NCBI GenBank assembly: GCA_050249215.1
Contig: JBFWQX010000009.1
Location: forward strand, 36,368-100,367
DNA length: 64,000 bases
Source of the DNA: Afipia sp.
GTDB lineage: Bacteria; Pseudomonadota; Alphaproteobacteria; Rhizobiales; Xanthobacteraceae
Direction of reading: 5' to 3'
A program made the position numbers and the translations under genes. A model generated the notes under the pieces. It was not told the origin of the DNA, made no database searches, and saw only the letters and a list, made by a program, of their open reading frames with translations. Each line of letters opens with the position of its first letter. The stretch's first letter is position 1. This document shows, in pieces, positions 20,977-31,821 of the stretch.

Positions 20977-21798
20977 ATGTCGGAGCTGGATCAGGCATCG
21001 TCGCATTCTTCAGGCCGGTGGCGCGGGCGATTCCGCGGCACACTGAAAGCCTGCGGCGTGGCGCTCGCCGCGCTTCCGCGCGCGGCGCTCGACATCGCGC
21101 TCCCCACACTCTGCGTCGCCTGCCATGAGCCCGTCACAGGCGACGGCGTCTGCGCGGCGTGCTGGGGCAAACTCTCGTTCATAGCGCCACCGTTCTGCGC
21201 ACGGCTCGGCATTCCCTTTGTCTACGATCCGGGACCTGGCCTGCTGTCGATGCAGGCGATCGCCGATCCGCCGGCCTATCAGCGCGCCCGCGCCGCGGTC
21301 CGCTACGATGAGGTGGCGCGCACCATGGTCCATGCGCTCAAGTATCAGGATCGCACCGATCTCGCGCCGGCCATGGGCCGCTGGATGGCCCGCGCCGGTC
21401 AGGAACTTCTCGCTGACGCCGATGCCCTTGTTCCGGTGCCACTGCACTGGCGGCGCGGCTGGAGCCGCCGCTACAACCAGTCGGGCGCACTGGCAGGGGT
21501 GATCGGCAAGTCGGCGCGGCTGCCGGTGATCGGAAATGTCCTGCGGCGCGTCCGCCCGACGCTGCAACAGGTCGGTCTTTCCAAGGCGGACCGTGCACTC
21601 AACGTGCAGGGCGCGTTCAAGGTGCCTCCGGAGAGCAAATCTTCCGTGCAGGGCCGCCGGATCGTGCTGGTTGACGATGTTTTGACCTCCGGCGCCACCG
21701 TCGACGCCTGCGCACGCGCGCTGCTGCGGGCCAGGGCTGCGTCCGTGGACGTGCTGGTGTTCGCCCGGGTTGTGGACACCGTTCAGACCCCCATATAA
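20977..21798 (+). CDS. comF: ComF family protein (phosphoribosyltransferase-like)
   Basis: 273-aa ORF with N-terminal Cys pairs (CVACHEPV...CAACW) and the PRTase motif RIVLVDDVLTSGATVDACARAL. Confidence 0.85.
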   Translation: MSELDQASSHSSGRWRGRFRGTLKACGVALAALPRAALDIALPTLCVACHEPVTGDGVCAACWGKLSFIAPPFCARLGIPFVYDPGPGLLSMQAIADPPAYQRARAAVRYDEVARTMVHALKYQDRTDLAPAMGRWMARAGQELLADADALVPVPLHWRRGWSRRYNQSGALAGVIGKSARLPVIGNVLRRVRPTLQQVGLSKADRALNVQGAFKVPPESKSSVQGRRIVLVDDVLTSGATVDACARALLRARAASVDVLVFARVVDTVQTPI

Positions 21799-21831
21799 TT
21801 TAGGGTCTTCCCCTTTTCGCAAAGGCAAACC

Positions 21832-22107
21832 ATGGCCGCCCTCGTCGAAATCTACACGCGCCCCGGATGCGGCTATTGCAGCGCGGCCAAATCCCTGCTG
21901 ACGCGCAAAAACGCAGCTTTCACCGAGTTCGATGTCGCGGTCGATCCCAACTGGCGCGCCGAAATGGTCCAGCGCGCCAATGGCGGCGCCACCTTTCCGC
22001 AGATATTCATCGACAAGCAGCATGTCGGCGGTTGCGACGATCTCTATGCACTTGACCGCGAAGGCAGGCTCGATGGCCTGCTCGCCGGTCAGAAGGTGAC
22101 GTCATGA
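21832..22107 (+). CDS. grxC: glutaredoxin 3
   Basis: 91-aa ORF with active site CGYC and TFPQIFIDKQHVGGCDDL. Confidence 0.92.
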   Translation: MAALVEIYTRPGCGYCSAAKSLLTRKNAAFTEFDVAVDPNWRAEMVQRANGGATFPQIFIDKQHVGGCDDLYALDREGRLDGLLAGQKVTS

Positions 22108-22997
22108 CCGCGAGCACTGAAGCCGGCGCACCCTTCACCGCGGCGATGGTACAGATGCGCACCGCGCTGCTGCCCGAGACAAGCCTCGAGCAGGGCATCG
22201 CGCTGATCCGCGAGGCCAAAGACAAAGGCGCGGATTATGTCCAGACGCCCGAGGTCACCAACATCATTCAACAGAACCGCAAGGCGCTGTTTGAATTGCT
22301 GGCGAACGAGGAAGACGACCGTTCGCTCAAGGCCTATCGCGAGCTGGCGCGCGAGCTGAACATCTATCTGCATATCGGCTCGATTGCGGTGCGCGCCACG
22401 CCGGAGCGCGCGGCCAACCGTTCGTTCCTGATCGGGCCGGACGGCAGCATCCTCGCGAGCTACGACAAGATCCACATGTTCGACATCGAACTCGACGGCG
22501 GCGAGAGCTACCGCGAGTCCGCGAACTATCAGCCGGGCGAAACCGCCGTTATCTCCGACCTGCCGTGGGGCCGGATCGGATTGACGATCTGCTACGACGT
22601 CCGCTTTCCGGCGCTTTACCGCGCCCTCGCGGAAGCCGGCGCGTCCTTCATCGCCGTGCCGTCCGCATTCACGGTGCGGACCGGCGAAGCGCACTGGAGC
22701 ACGCTGCTGCGGGCCCGCGCCATCGAGAACGGCTGCTTCATCTTCGCCGCCGCGCAGGCCGGCAAGCATGAGAGCGGGCGCGAGACCTATGGTCATTCCT
22801 TGATCGTCGATCCGTGGGGTGAAATCCTTGCGGAAGGCAACAGCACCGACACCGGTGTCGTGCTGGCGAAGATCGACCCGGCGAAGGTTCAGGCGGTGCG
22901 CAAGAGCATTCCGTCGCTGCAGCATGGCCGCCGTTTCGGCCTCAAGGACCCGAAAGGCGGTCCGGATTATCTACATCTGGTGCGAGGATCGGCATGA
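22104..22997 (+). CDS. carbon-nitrogen hydrolase family protein (nitrilase superfamily amidase)
   Basis: 297-aa ORF with GRIGLTICYDVRFPALY (catalytic Cys), FLIGPDGSILASYDKIHMF and HWSTLLRARAIENGCF. Confidence 0.9.
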   Translation: MTASTEAGAPFTAAMVQMRTALLPETSLEQGIALIREAKDKGADYVQTPEVTNIIQQNRKALFELLANEEDDRSLKAYRELARELNIYLHIGSIAVRATPERAANRSFLIGPDGSILASYDKIHMFDIELDGGESYRESANYQPGETAVISDLPWGRIGLTICYDVRFPALYRALAEAGASFIAVPSAFTVRTGEAHWSTLLRARAIENGCFIFAAAQAGKHESGRETYGHSLIVDPWGEILAEGNSTDTGVVLAKIDPAKVQAVRKSIPSLQHGRRFGLKDPKGGPDYLHLVRGSA

Positions 22998-23464
22998 TCC
23001 GCTATTCGCTGCGCTGTGAGCGCGGCCACCACTTCGAGAGCTGGTTTCAAAGTTCCTCGGCCTACGACAGCCAGCACAAGCGCGGGCTGGTCGCCTGCCC
23101 GATGTGCGAGTCCACCAAGGTCGACAAGGCGATCATGGCGCCGCGCATCGCGCGCAAGGGCAAGTCGAAATCGGCACCGGCACCCGTGGCCACCGCGCCG
23201 GTTGAAGATACCGCTTCGACATCGCTGGTGATGGCACCGCAGGAGCGCGAGCTTGTTGCGAAGCTGCGGGAGCTGCGCGACCACGTCCTCAAGAACGCGG
23301 ATGACGTCGGCAAGAAGTTTCCCGAGGAAGCCCGCAAGATGCATTACGGCGACATCGAACAGCGCGCGATCTATGGCGAAGCGACCGCCGACGAAGCCCG
23401 TTCGCTGGTCGATGAAGGCATCGAAGTCGCAGCCCTTCCCGTGCTGCCGGGCGACAGGAACTAG
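22994..23464 (+). CDS. DUF1178 family protein
   Basis: 156-aa ORF beginning MIRYSLRCERGHHFESWFQSSSAYDSQHKRGLVACPMCESTKVDKAIMAP, the typical DUF1178 N-terminus. Confidence 0.8.
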   Translation: MIRYSLRCERGHHFESWFQSSSAYDSQHKRGLVACPMCESTKVDKAIMAPRIARKGKSKSAPAPVATAPVEDTASTSLVMAPQERELVAKLRELRDHVLKNADDVGKKFPEEARKMHYGDIEQRAIYGEATADEARSLVDEGIEVAALPVLPGDRN

Positions 23465-24360
23465 CCCGACACCAGCATCGCCACGCCGATCAGGATCAGC
23501 GCGATGCCGGAAATTTCCCGCAGCGATATTTTCTGCTTCATCGAGTAATAGGCGACGGCCTGCGCGAACAGGACCTCGACCAGCGCCAGCGTGCGCACAT
23601 TGGCGGCCGCCGTCAGCGCGAAAGCCAGAAACCAGAACAGCGACGCGAACGAGCCCATGAAGCCCGCGAACATCGACGGCTTCCAGAGCCGGAAGATTGC
23701 CGTCATCGTGCCCGGCGAGCGCACGATCAGCCATCCCGACAGGACGATGGACTGCATCAGCAGCGTCGCCACCAGCGTGACGCTGGCGGCGGTGACGAAG
23801 CTGACGCCGGTCACATTGAGAATGGCGCCGCGATAGCCAACCGCCGAAAGCGCAAAGAAGGCTGCTGCCACAAGCCCGAGCACCGTCGGCTTGAGATCGC
23901 CAAATCCCTTCATGCCGCCGGGCCGCAGCGCCGTAATCACCACGCCGACGGTGGCGATGAGAATGGCCGCGACTTTCAGCACCGTGAGATGATCCGACAG
24001 GAACACGAAGCCGAAGATCGCGGCCTGGATCGCCTCGGTTTTGAGATACGCCGTGGTCACGACGAAGGAGCGCTCGTTCATGGCCATCAGCATCAGGGCG
24101 GTCGCCAGAATCTGCGCCATGCCGCCCACCACCAGCCACGCCCAGAAACCGGGTTCGGGCCATGTCAGCCGGTCGCCGTTCACGGCGAGGATCAGCCCGA
24201 GAAAAATCAGCGAGAACGGAAAGCCAAACAGAAAGCGGATATGGGTCGCGCCCAGCGTGCCGAGCTGCGCGGTCAGCCCGCGCTGCATGGCGTTGCGCAC
24301 GACCTGCCCCGCCGCGGCGAGCAGTGTGAAGGGAATCCAGAGCCAGACGAACTGGGTCAT
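23461..24360 (-). CDS. DMT superfamily (EamA-like) transporter
   Basis: Start placed at ATG 24360 (MTQFVWLWIPFTLLAAAGQVVRNAMQRGL). About 10 TM segments. The track's longer N-terminus is a translated REP repeat. Confidence 0.85.
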   Translation of the reverse strand: MTQFVWLWIPFTLLAAAGQVVRNAMQRGLTAQLGTLGATHIRFLFGFPFSLIFLGLILAVNGDRLTWPEPGFWAWLVVGGMAQILATALMLMAMNERSFVVTTAYLKTEAIQAAIFGFVFLSDHLTVLKVAAILIATVGVVITALRPGGMKGFGDLKPTVLGLVAAAFFALSAVGYRGAILNVTGVSFVTAASVTLVATLLMQSIVLSGWLIVRSPGTMTAIFRLWKPSMFAGFMGSFASLFWFLAFALTAAANVRTLALVEVLFAQAVAYYSMKQKISLREISGIALILIGVAMLVSG

Positions 24361-24368
24361 GATGTCTT

Positions 24369-24488
24369 CATGTCGTGGCCGGGCATAGCCCGTCGAAGAC
24401 GGGCGTGAACGCCTTTTCTCCCCGCCATCCACGACGTGTTTGTAAAAGAGAAGACGTGGATGCCCGGCACAAGGCCGGGCATGACGAC
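24369..24488. repeat. two REP-like palindromes
   Basis: The two units are gtcgtggccgggcatagcccgtcgaagacgggcgtgaacgcc...ccatccacgac (24369-24438) and gacgtggatgcccggcacaaggccgggcatgacgac (24453-24488). The second belongs to the same family as 17426-17524. Confidence 0.75.
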
Positions 24489-24521
24489 TGAACAAGATGC
24501 TCTCTTGCGAAGGACATGAGC

Positions 24522-25271
24522 CTAGGTCGCCGCTTCCGCGACCAGCATATAGTTCACGTCCATATCGGACGAGATGCTCCAGCGATCCGCCAGCGGATTG
24601 TAGACCACGCCGGCCTGATCGCTGATGGCGAGCTTGTTGCGCTCAAGATGATGCGTCAGTTCGGCGGGCGTGACGAACTTGTCCCACTGATGCGTGCCGC
24701 GCGGCAGCCAGCGCAGCACATATTCAGCGCCGACAATCGCCAGCGCAAAGCTCTTCCAGTTGCGGTTGATGGTCGACGCCACCAGCATGCTCGACGGCTT
24801 GAGCAACGCCGCGCAGCGGTCGAGGAACATGCCGACATTGGCGACATGTTCGACCACTTCCATCGCCAGCACGATGTCGAAGCGCTCGCGCGGGTCCATC
24901 TCTTCGATGGCGGTGCAGCGATAGTCGATGGAAAGATGCCCGCGCTCGGCATGCAGCTTTGCCACCGAGATATTCGTCGCCGAAGGATCGACACCGATCA
25001 CCTGCGCGCCGAGGCGCGTCAGCGGCTCGCAGAGCAGTCCGGCTCCGCAGCCAATGTCGAGAATGCGCAGGCCCGACAGGCAATTCAGGCTCTTCGGATT
25101 CCGGTCGAACTTCCGGCACGCCGCATCGCGGATATAGGTCAGCCGCAGCGGATTGATCTTGTGCAGCGGGGCCATCTTGCCCTTGGGATCCCACCACTGC
25201 TCGGACAACTCCGAGAACCGTGCGACTTCGCCGGGATCGACCGTGGACGCAGAGGGAGAATTCGTGGTCAT
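24522..25271 (-). CDS. ubiG: bifunctional 3-demethylubiquinol 3-O-methyltransferase / 2-polyprenyl-6-hydroxyphenol methylase
   Basis: 249-aa ORF with FSELSEQWWDPKGKMAPLHKINPLRLTYIRD, the SAM motif ILDIGCGAGLLCEPL, and FDIVLAMEVVEHV. Confidence 0.92.
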   Translation of the reverse strand: MTTNSPSASTVDPGEVARFSELSEQWWDPKGKMAPLHKINPLRLTYIRDAACRKFDRNPKSLNCLSGLRILDIGCGAGLLCEPLTRLGAQVIGVDPSATNISVAKLHAERGHLSIDYRCTAIEEMDPRERFDIVLAMEVVEHVANVGMFLDRCAALLKPSSMLVASTINRNWKSFALAIVGAEYVLRWLPRGTHQWDKFVTPAELTHHLERNKLAISDQAGVVYNPLADRWSISSDMDVNYMLVAEAAT

Positions 25272-25378
25272 GCCGATGGTCTTGTCCGCTTGGCGCTACC
25301 GATCATCAGGCGCCTGATCATTTTTAACCTGTGCGTATTCTGATCGCAAAACCGGTACCCACTTTTGCGGAATACGCA

Positions 25379-25834
25379 CTAGCGCGCCGTGATGTGGTTG
25401 CGAAATTCGATCGGCGCGCCGATCATCTTTATCGTCTTGGTGCCTTCGCCGACACCATTAACGGTGACATCTCCCCATCCAAAAATCCGCCCGGCGATGC
25501 TCTGGCTGACGTCGACACTTTCGATTTTATCCAAACTCATCTCGAATGTCTGGCGCTTGATAAACCCTTCCTTGTGCACCACCCGCAGGGAGGTCACGTC
25601 GGTTTCCGTGGTCCAGCGCTGGAACCAGGCCCGGAACAGCAGAAAGCCCCCGACAAGCGCCAGGAGGGCGCTCAGTGCCAGAAGCGGCAGGATCACCCCG
25701 CCCCCGGAGGCCGCCAGGCAGGCCGCCGAAGCCGCCAGACAGGCCAGCCCCGGCACGTAAATGACCCCGTGGATCGTGGTCGAATACAAAACCTTTTCAC
25801 CCGGCTGAAGGATATCGTCGATATAGCGGCCCAT
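25379..25834 (-). CDS. membrane PH-domain protein (bPH_2 / YdbS-like, DUF304)
   Basis: Start placed at ATG 25834 (MGRYIDDILQPGEKVLYSTTIHG). Two TM helices followed by WFQRWTTETDVTSLRVVHKEGFIKRQTFEMSLDKIESVDVSQSIAGRIFGWGDV. Confidence 0.7.
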   Translation of the reverse strand: MGRYIDDILQPGEKVLYSTTIHGVIYVPGLACLAASAACLAASGGGVILPLLALSALLALVGGFLLFRAWFQRWTTETDVTSLRVVHKEGFIKRQTFEMSLDKIESVDVSQSIAGRIFGWGDVTVNGVGEGTKTIKMIGAPIEFRNHITAR

Positions 25835-25972
25835 TCCCGTCCCGTGTTGCTTGCCCCGGACCCGATGGGTATGTATAGCCGCCTTTTCGGGGCCATGCTG
25901 CCGTTTTGCGCGGCGCGGCCGTGATTGCAACCAATTCAACCGGGACAGCGCCATTCGTCGCGAAAAGAGAGC

Positions 25973-27226
25973 ATGGGCCGCCTAGTCATGAAATTCGGCG
26001 GCACGTCCGTCGCCAACATCGAGCGCATTCGCAACGTCGCACAGCATGTGAAACGTGAAGTCGATGCAGGCCATGACGTCGCCGTGGTGGTGTCGGCCAT
26101 GTCCGGCAAGACCAATGAGCTTGTGGCCTGGGCCACCGAGACCTCGCCGCTGCATGATGCGCGCGAGTACGATGCCATCGTGGCGTCAGGCGAACAGGTG
26201 ACGTCCGGTCTGCTGGCGATCGCCCTGCAGGCGCTCGGCATCCAGGCCCGCTCATGGCAGGGCTGGCAGATTCCGATCCAGACCAGCGACGCGCATGCTT
26301 CCGCGCGCATCACCGGCATCGACGGCACCGAACTGATCAAGCGCTTCAAGGAGCGCAAGGAAGTCGCGGTCATCGCCGGCTTCCAGGGCATCCACGAAGG
26401 AACCGGCCGCATCACCACGCTGGGGCGTGGCGGCTCCGATACGTCCGCCGTTGCCATCGCGGCCGCGATCCATGCCGACCGCTGCGACATCTACACCGAT
26501 GTCGACGGCGTCTACACCACCGATCCGCGCGTGGTGCCGAAGGCGAAGCGGCTGGAAAAGGTCGCCTTCGAGGAAATGCTGGAAATGGCGTCGCTCGGCG
26601 CCAAGGTGCTTCAGGTCCGCTCGGTGGAACTGGGCATGGTTCACAACGTCCCGGTGTTCGTGCGCTCGAGCTTCGACAAGCCGGAAGATATTGATCCCCA
26701 CGGCACGCCGCCGGGAACGCTGATTTGCAGCGAGGAGGAAATCATGGAAAGCCAGGTCGTCACCGGTATCGCCTTCTCGAAGGACGAAGCCCAGATTTCC
26801 GTGCGCCACATCGAGGACAAGCCGGGCATCGCGGCGGCGATCTTCGGGCCGCTGGCGGACGCCAGCATCAATGTCGACATGATCGTGCAGAACGTGTCTG
26901 AGGACGGCAAATATACCGACCTCACCTTCACGGTGCCAGCCTCCGAATACACCCGCGCCAAGGACACCATCACCAAGGCCAAGGACAGGATCGGCTACAA
27001 GGCGATGGATTCGGCGACCGACGTCTCCAAGGTCTCGGTGATCGGGATCGGCATGCGCAGCCATGCCGGCGTCGCCGCGCAGGCGTTCAAGGCGCTGTCC
27101 GAGCGCAACATCAACATCCGCGCCATCACCACGTCCGAGATCAAGTTCTCGCTGCTGATCGACGCCGCCTATACCGAACTGGCGGTCCGGACGCTGCACA
27201 CGCTTTACGGGCTGGATCAGGCCTGA
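25973..27226 (+). CDS. lysC: aspartate kinase
   Basis: Start placed at ATG 25973 (MGRLVMKFGGTSVANIERI). Contains VVVSAMSGKTNELV, TLGRGGSDTSAVAIAAA and C-terminal ACT domains. Confidence 0.93.
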   Translation: MGRLVMKFGGTSVANIERIRNVAQHVKREVDAGHDVAVVVSAMSGKTNELVAWATETSPLHDAREYDAIVASGEQVTSGLLAIALQALGIQARSWQGWQIPIQTSDAHASARITGIDGTELIKRFKERKEVAVIAGFQGIHEGTGRITTLGRGGSDTSAVAIAAAIHADRCDIYTDVDGVYTTDPRVVPKAKRLEKVAFEEMLEMASLGAKVLQVRSVELGMVHNVPVFVRSSFDKPEDIDPHGTPPGTLICSEEEIMESQVVTGIAFSKDEAQISVRHIEDKPGIAAAIFGPLADASINVDMIVQNVSEDGKYTDLTFTVPASEYTRAKDTITKAKDRIGYKAMDSATDVSKVSVIGIGMRSHAGVAAQAFKALSERNINIRAITTSEIKFSLLIDAAYTELAVRTLHTLYGLDQA

Positions 27227-27244
27227 GGCCCGATCCCGCCTTCA

Positions 27245-27309
27245 CCCCGCCGCGGCATTTTGCCGAGGTCGTTTGCTGGACCGCCTCGCGTCTTCTGCGG
27301 GGATTTTTT
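27245..27309 (+). terminator. possible intrinsic terminator after aspartate kinase
   Basis: ccccgc (27245-27250) pairs with gcgggg (27297-27302) around an inner hairpin and is followed by ATTTTTT (27303-27309). The loop is long, so this is tentative. Confidence 0.4.
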
Positions 27310-27522
27310 GGCAAGTGTTTTGCTTGGCAAAACGCGCCTCAATTCGATATAGCCTCAGGACAGGGCACCCGCGCCCGCGCCTTCCGGTTGTGGACCGTCT
27401 GCTACGTCCAAAAGCCGGCCTCACGGTCCCGCGGATCCTGAAAAGTCGTTATTTTACTGCTAGTTAACGCTATCGCAGCCGGTTGCGGGCCGTGCTGGAA
27501 TTGCGGGTAAGGATGTCAACGG

Positions 27523-29790
27523 ATGCGGAGCGCGCTGGGAGGCCCCCGCGTCTTGTTGAGACGGCTCCGCGAGGTGATGGCCGAACAGGTCAGCGCTCAG
27601 GAACGGCTCGACAAGATCGTGGTGCTGATCGCCGCCAATATGGTGGCGGAGGTCTGTTCGACCTACGTGCTGCGCGTTGACAACACCCTTGAGCTTTACG
27701 CCACCGAAGGTCTGAACCGCGACGCCGTCCACCAGACGGTTCTGAACGCCCATGAGGGCCTTGTCGGCCTCGTGGCGTCCGAAGCCACGCCGCTGAACCT
27801 GTCGAACGCGCAGTCGCATCCGGCGTTCTCGTATCGCCCGGAAACCGGCGAAGAAATCTATCACTCGTTCCTCGGCGTGCCGATCCTGCGCTCCGGCAAC
27901 ACGCTCGGCGTGCTGGTGGTGCAGAATCGCGCCCACCGCACTTACGTCGAGGAAGAAGTCGAGGCGCTGCAGACCACCGCCATGGTGGTCGCGGAAATGA
28001 TCGCCTCGGGCGAACTGTCGTCCATCGCTCGCCCCGGCGCGGAACCAGCCGCGCGCCATTCGCTGCACAAGAGCGGCGCGATCCTCTCCGACGGCATCGC
28101 GCTCGGCCATGTGGTGCTGCACGAGCCGCGCGTCGTCATCACCAACTACATCGCCGAAGACCTGCCGAAAGAACTCAAGCGGCTGGATACCGCGATCCTG
28201 AAGCTGCGTTCGGACCTCGATCGCATGCTGGAGCGCGGCGATGTCGCGGAGGGCGGCGAGCACCGCGACGTGCTCGAAGCCTACCGGATGTTCGCCAACG
28301 ATCAGGGCTGGCAGCACAAGCTGCATGAAGCCGTTGCGACGGGCCTCACCGCCGAAGCTGCCGTCGAACGCGTGCAGTCGGATACACGCGCGCGCATGCT
28401 GCGCTCCACCGATCCCTATCTGCGCGACCGCCTGCACGATCTTGAAGATCTCGGCCACCGCCTGATGCGCCAGCTCGTGGGGCAAGATCACGCACCCTCG
28501 CGTGAACAGTTGCCCGACAACGCGATCCTGATCGCGCGCTCGATGGGTCCCGCGGCGCTGCTCGATTACGATCGCAATCGGCTGCGCGGTCTTGTGCTGG
28601 AAGAGGGCACCGCCAACTCGCACGTGTCCATCGTGGCGCGCGCGCTGGGCATTCCCGCTGTCGGCGAGGTGCCGAACGCCGCCGGCATCGCTGATCCCGG
28701 CGATGCGATCATCGTCGATGGCACCTCGGGCGCGATCTACATCCGCCCGTCGCATGAAATCCAGTCGGCCTATGCCGAGCGTGTGCGCTTCCGAGCCCGG
28801 CGTCAGGAGCAGTATCGCGAATTGCGCGACAAGCCCTGCGTGACAAAGGACGGCCAGCCGGTCGACCTGATGATCAACGCCGGCCTTGTGATCGACCTGC
28901 CGCATATCGACGACACCGGCTCCTCAGGCATCGGCCTGTTCCGCACCGAACTGCAGTTCATGGTCGGCCAAAGTCTGCCGCGCACCAGCGAACAGCTTGC
29001 GCTCTATCGCGCGGTGCTGGATGCCGCCGGCGACAAGCCGGTGACATTCCGGACCCTCGATATCGGCGGCGACAAGGCGCTGCCCTATATGGACACCATC
29101 GTCGAGGAAAACCCGGCGCTCGGCTGGCGCGCGATACGCCTCGGTCTCGACCGGCCCGGCTTGCTGCGCGGACAGATTCGCGCGTTGCTGCGTGCGGCTT
29201 CGGGCAGATATTTGCGTGTCATGTTCCCGATGATCTCGCAGGTCGATGAATTCGATCAGGCCAAGCTCGTGATCGAGCGCGAACTGACCTATCTGCGCCA
29301 GCACGGGCACACCCTGCCCGAGCGCGTCGATGTCGGCACCATGGTCGAGGTTCCGGCGCTGCTCTATCAGATGGACGAACTGCTCAAGCGGGTCGATTTC
29401 ATCTCGGTCGGCTCGAACGACCTGTTCCAGTTCCTGTTCGCGGTGGACCGTGGCAATTCGCGGGTCAGCGAGCGCTTCGACACGCTGTCCGCGCCGATCC
29501 TGCGCGCCCTGAGGGACATCGCGCGAAAAGCGAACGCGGCGGGCAAGTCGGTTTCACTGTGCGGCGAAATGGCGTCGCAGACGCTCGGCGCGCTGGTGCT
29601 GATCGCGCTGGGCTACCGCTCGCTGTCGCTGTCGGCGACCGCGCACGGCCCTGTCAAGGCGCTGATCCTGGATCTCGACGCGAAGAAGGCCGAAGCGATG
29701 ATCATGCCGCTGCTGGATGCGCCGGCGGGCAGCGTGTCGATCCGCGCCAAGTTGATGGAATTCGCCGAAGCCGAAGGGCTTTCGTTGTAG
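27523..29790 (+). CDS. ptsP: phosphoenolpyruvate-protein phosphotransferase PtsP (EI-Ntr, GAF + EI domains)
   Basis: 755-aa ORF with an N-terminal GAF domain (HEGLVGLVASEATPLNL...FLGVPILRSGNTLGVLVVQN), the phosphohistidine region GTANSHVSIVARALGIPAV, and FISVGSNDLFQF. Confidence 0.93.
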   Translation: MRSALGGPRVLLRRLREVMAEQVSAQERLDKIVVLIAANMVAEVCSTYVLRVDNTLELYATEGLNRDAVHQTVLNAHEGLVGLVASEATPLNLSNAQSHPAFSYRPETGEEIYHSFLGVPILRSGNTLGVLVVQNRAHRTYVEEEVEALQTTAMVVAEMIASGELSSIARPGAEPAARHSLHKSGAILSDGIALGHVVLHEPRVVITNYIAEDLPKELKRLDTAILKLRSDLDRMLERGDVAEGGEHRDVLEAYRMFANDQGWQHKLHEAVATGLTAEAAVERVQSDTRARMLRSTDPYLRDRLHDLEDLGHRLMRQLVGQDHAPSREQLPDNAILIARSMGPAALLDYDRNRLRGLVLEEGTANSHVSIVARALGIPAVGEVPNAAGIADPGDAIIVDGTSGAIYIRPSHEIQSAYAERVRFRARRQEQYRELRDKPCVTKDGQPVDLMINAGLVIDLPHIDDTGSSGIGLFRTELQFMVGQSLPRTSEQLALYRAVLDAAGDKPVTFRTLDIGGDKALPYMDTIVEENPALGWRAIRLGLDRPGLLRGQIRALLRAASGRYLRVMFPMISQVDEFDQAKLVIERELTYLRQHGHTLPERVDVGTMVEVPALLYQMDELLKRVDFISVGSNDLFQFLFAVDRGNSRVSERFDTLSAPILRALRDIARKANAAGKSVSLCGEMASQTLGALVLIALGYRSLSLSATAHGPVKALILDLDAKKAEAMIMPLLDAPAGSVSIRAKLMEFAEAEGLSL

Positions 29791-29848
29791 CGACGCTCAG
29801 AAACGAACTGACGTCCGCCTTTGAATCCATTCCCGCCGAACAAAGCTC

Positions 29849-30934
29849 ATGACCGCACTACCCGAATCAAAACTCGATACCTTGCTGGCGCGTCATGCCG
29901 CGCTGGAAGCCGAATTGCTCGGCCAGGTGAATTCGGAAACCTATGTCCGTATCACCCGCGAGTTGAGCGAGCTGACGCCTGTGGTCGATGCCGTGAAGGC
30001 CTATCGCTCGGCGGTGGACGAAATCGGCGGCATCGACGCGTTGATCGCGGACACCGCGACGGACCCCGAGATGCGGTCCATGGCGGAGAGCGAGCGGCCG
30101 GAACTCGAAGCCCGCCGCGACGAACTCGCGCAGGATATTCGCATCGCGCTACTGCCCAAGGATGCGATGGACGAGCGCAACGTGGTGCTGGAAATCCGCG
30201 CCGGCACCGGCGGCGATGAAGCCTCGCTGTTCGCCGGCGACCTGTTCCGCATGTACGAGCGTTTTGCATCGCTGCAGGGCTGGAAGGTCGATCTGATCTC
30301 GGCCTCCGAGGGCACCATGGGCGGCTATAAGGAAATCATCGCCGAGGTCCAGGGACGCGGCGCGTTCGCCAGACTGAAGTTTGAATCCGGCGTGCATCGC
30401 GTTCAGCGCGTGCCTGACACCGAAACACAAGGCCGCATTCACACCTCGGCGGCGACGGTCGCGGTGCTGCCGGAAGCAGAAGAGGTCGATGTCGCGATCA
30501 AGGACACCGATCTGCGGATCGAAACCATGCGGGCGCAGGGCGCAGGCGGACAACACGTCAACAAGACCGAGTCCGCGATCCGCATCACCCATATTCCCAC
30601 CGGCACCGTGGTGATGATGCAGGACAGCCGCTCGCAGCATAAGAACCGCGCCAGCGCGATGAACATCCTGCGCTCGCGCATCTACGACGCCGAGCGGCAG
30701 CGGGTGGATGCCGAACGCTCCGCCGAGCGCAAGGGTCAGGTCGGCTCCGGCGACCGCTCCGAACGCATCCGCACCTACAATTTCCCGCAGGGCCGCGTGA
30801 CCGATCACCGCATCAATCTCACGCTTTACAAACTGCCGCAGGTGATCGCCGGCGACGCGCTCGGCGAATTGGTCGATGCGCTGACCACCGAGCATCAGGC
30901 CAAGCTGCTTGCCGAACAGGGCGGCGTGTCGTGA
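29849..30934 (+). CDS. prfA: peptide chain release factor 1
   Basis: 361-aa ORF with the PAT motif region and [22 protein letters not shown] (GGQ). Confidence 0.97.
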   Translation: MTALPESKLDTLLARHAALEAELLGQVNSETYVRITRELSELTPVVDAVKAYRSAVDEIGGIDALIADTATDPEMRSMAESERPELEARRDELAQDIRIALLPKDAMDERNVVLEIRAGTGGDEASLFAGDLFRMYERFASLQGWKVDLISASEGTMGGYKEIIAEVQGRGAFARLKFESGVHRVQRVPDTETQGRIHTSAATVAVLPEAEEVDVAIKDTDLRIETMRAQGAGGQHVNKTESAIRITHIPTGTVVMMQDSRSQHKNRASAMNILRSRIYDAERQRVDAERSAERKGQVGSGDRSERIRTYNFPQGRVTDHRINLTLYKLPQVIAGDALGELVDALTTEHQAKLLAEQGGVS

Positions 30935-31821
30935 GCAGCAACGCCCCGCTCGCCGGACTGACCGTCGAGGCGGCGCGGCGCGCACTGGCAACGCAGTTCA
31001 AGGCCGGCGGCATCGACTCGCCCGAACTCGATGCGCGGCTTCTGATCGGCGCGGCGCTCAATCTCGATCATACCGGCCTTGCGGTTCAGGCGGCGCGACC
31101 GGTCACCGCCGACGAGGCGGATATCATTGCTTCGTTCGCGCAACGACGTCTTGCGCACGAGCCGGTTGCGCGCATTCTCGGCCATAAGGAATTCTGGGGG
31201 CTCGATCTGCGGCTGTCGGACGCGACACTTGTTCCCCGCCCCGATACCGAAACCATCGTCGCCGCCGCGCTTGAGATGATCCGAGCGGATTCTGCTGCGG
31301 CGAAGCCGCTGCGCATCGCCGACATCGGCACCGGGTCCGGCGCGATCCTGCTTGCGCTGCTCTCCGAACTGCCTGCCGCAACGGGAATCGGCACCGACAT
31401 CAGCGAGAATGCGCTCGCCACCGCCCGTCTCAACGCCCAGCGATTGGGGCTCGTTGACCGGACGTCATTCATTCAATGCAGCTATGCTGCGGCGCTGACC
31501 GGCCCGTTCGATCTGATCGTGTCGAATCCACCCTACATCCGCTCTACGGAGATCGCAGAACTCGACCGCGACGTGCGCGATTATGATCCGCGTCTGGCGC
31601 TCGACGGCGGCGCCGATGGCCTCGATGCCTATCGCGCGATTACGCCGCAGGCGGCTTCCCTGCTCACCCCTCAAGGCGTTCTCGTCTTCGAGGTGGGGGA
31701 CGGCCAGAGCGCCGATGTGAGCGCCTTGATACGGCAGGCGGGATTAACCCTTTCGCATCCACCCAAGGCCGATTTCGGCGGTATTCACCGGGCGGTCATG
31801 GGGCGAAAAGCGGCCATTTAA
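30931..31821 (+). CDS. prmC: release-factor glutamine N5-methyltransferase
   Basis: 296-aa ORF overlapping the prfA stop. Contains [15 protein letters not shown] and the NPPY motif (VSNPPYI). Confidence 0.92.
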   Translation: MSSNAPLAGLTVEAARRALATQFKAGGIDSPELDARLLIGAALNLDHTGLAVQAARPVTADEADIIASFAQRRLAHEPVARILGHKEFWGLDLRLSDATLVPRPDTETIVAAALEMIRADSAAAKPLRIADIGTGSGAILLALLSELPAATGIGTDISENALATARLNAQRLGLVDRTSFIQCSYAAALTGPFDLIVSNPPYIRSTEIAELDRDVRDYDPRLALDGGADGLDAYRAITPQAASLLTPQGVLVFEVGDGQSADVSALIRQAGLTLSHPPKADFGGIHRAVMGRKAAI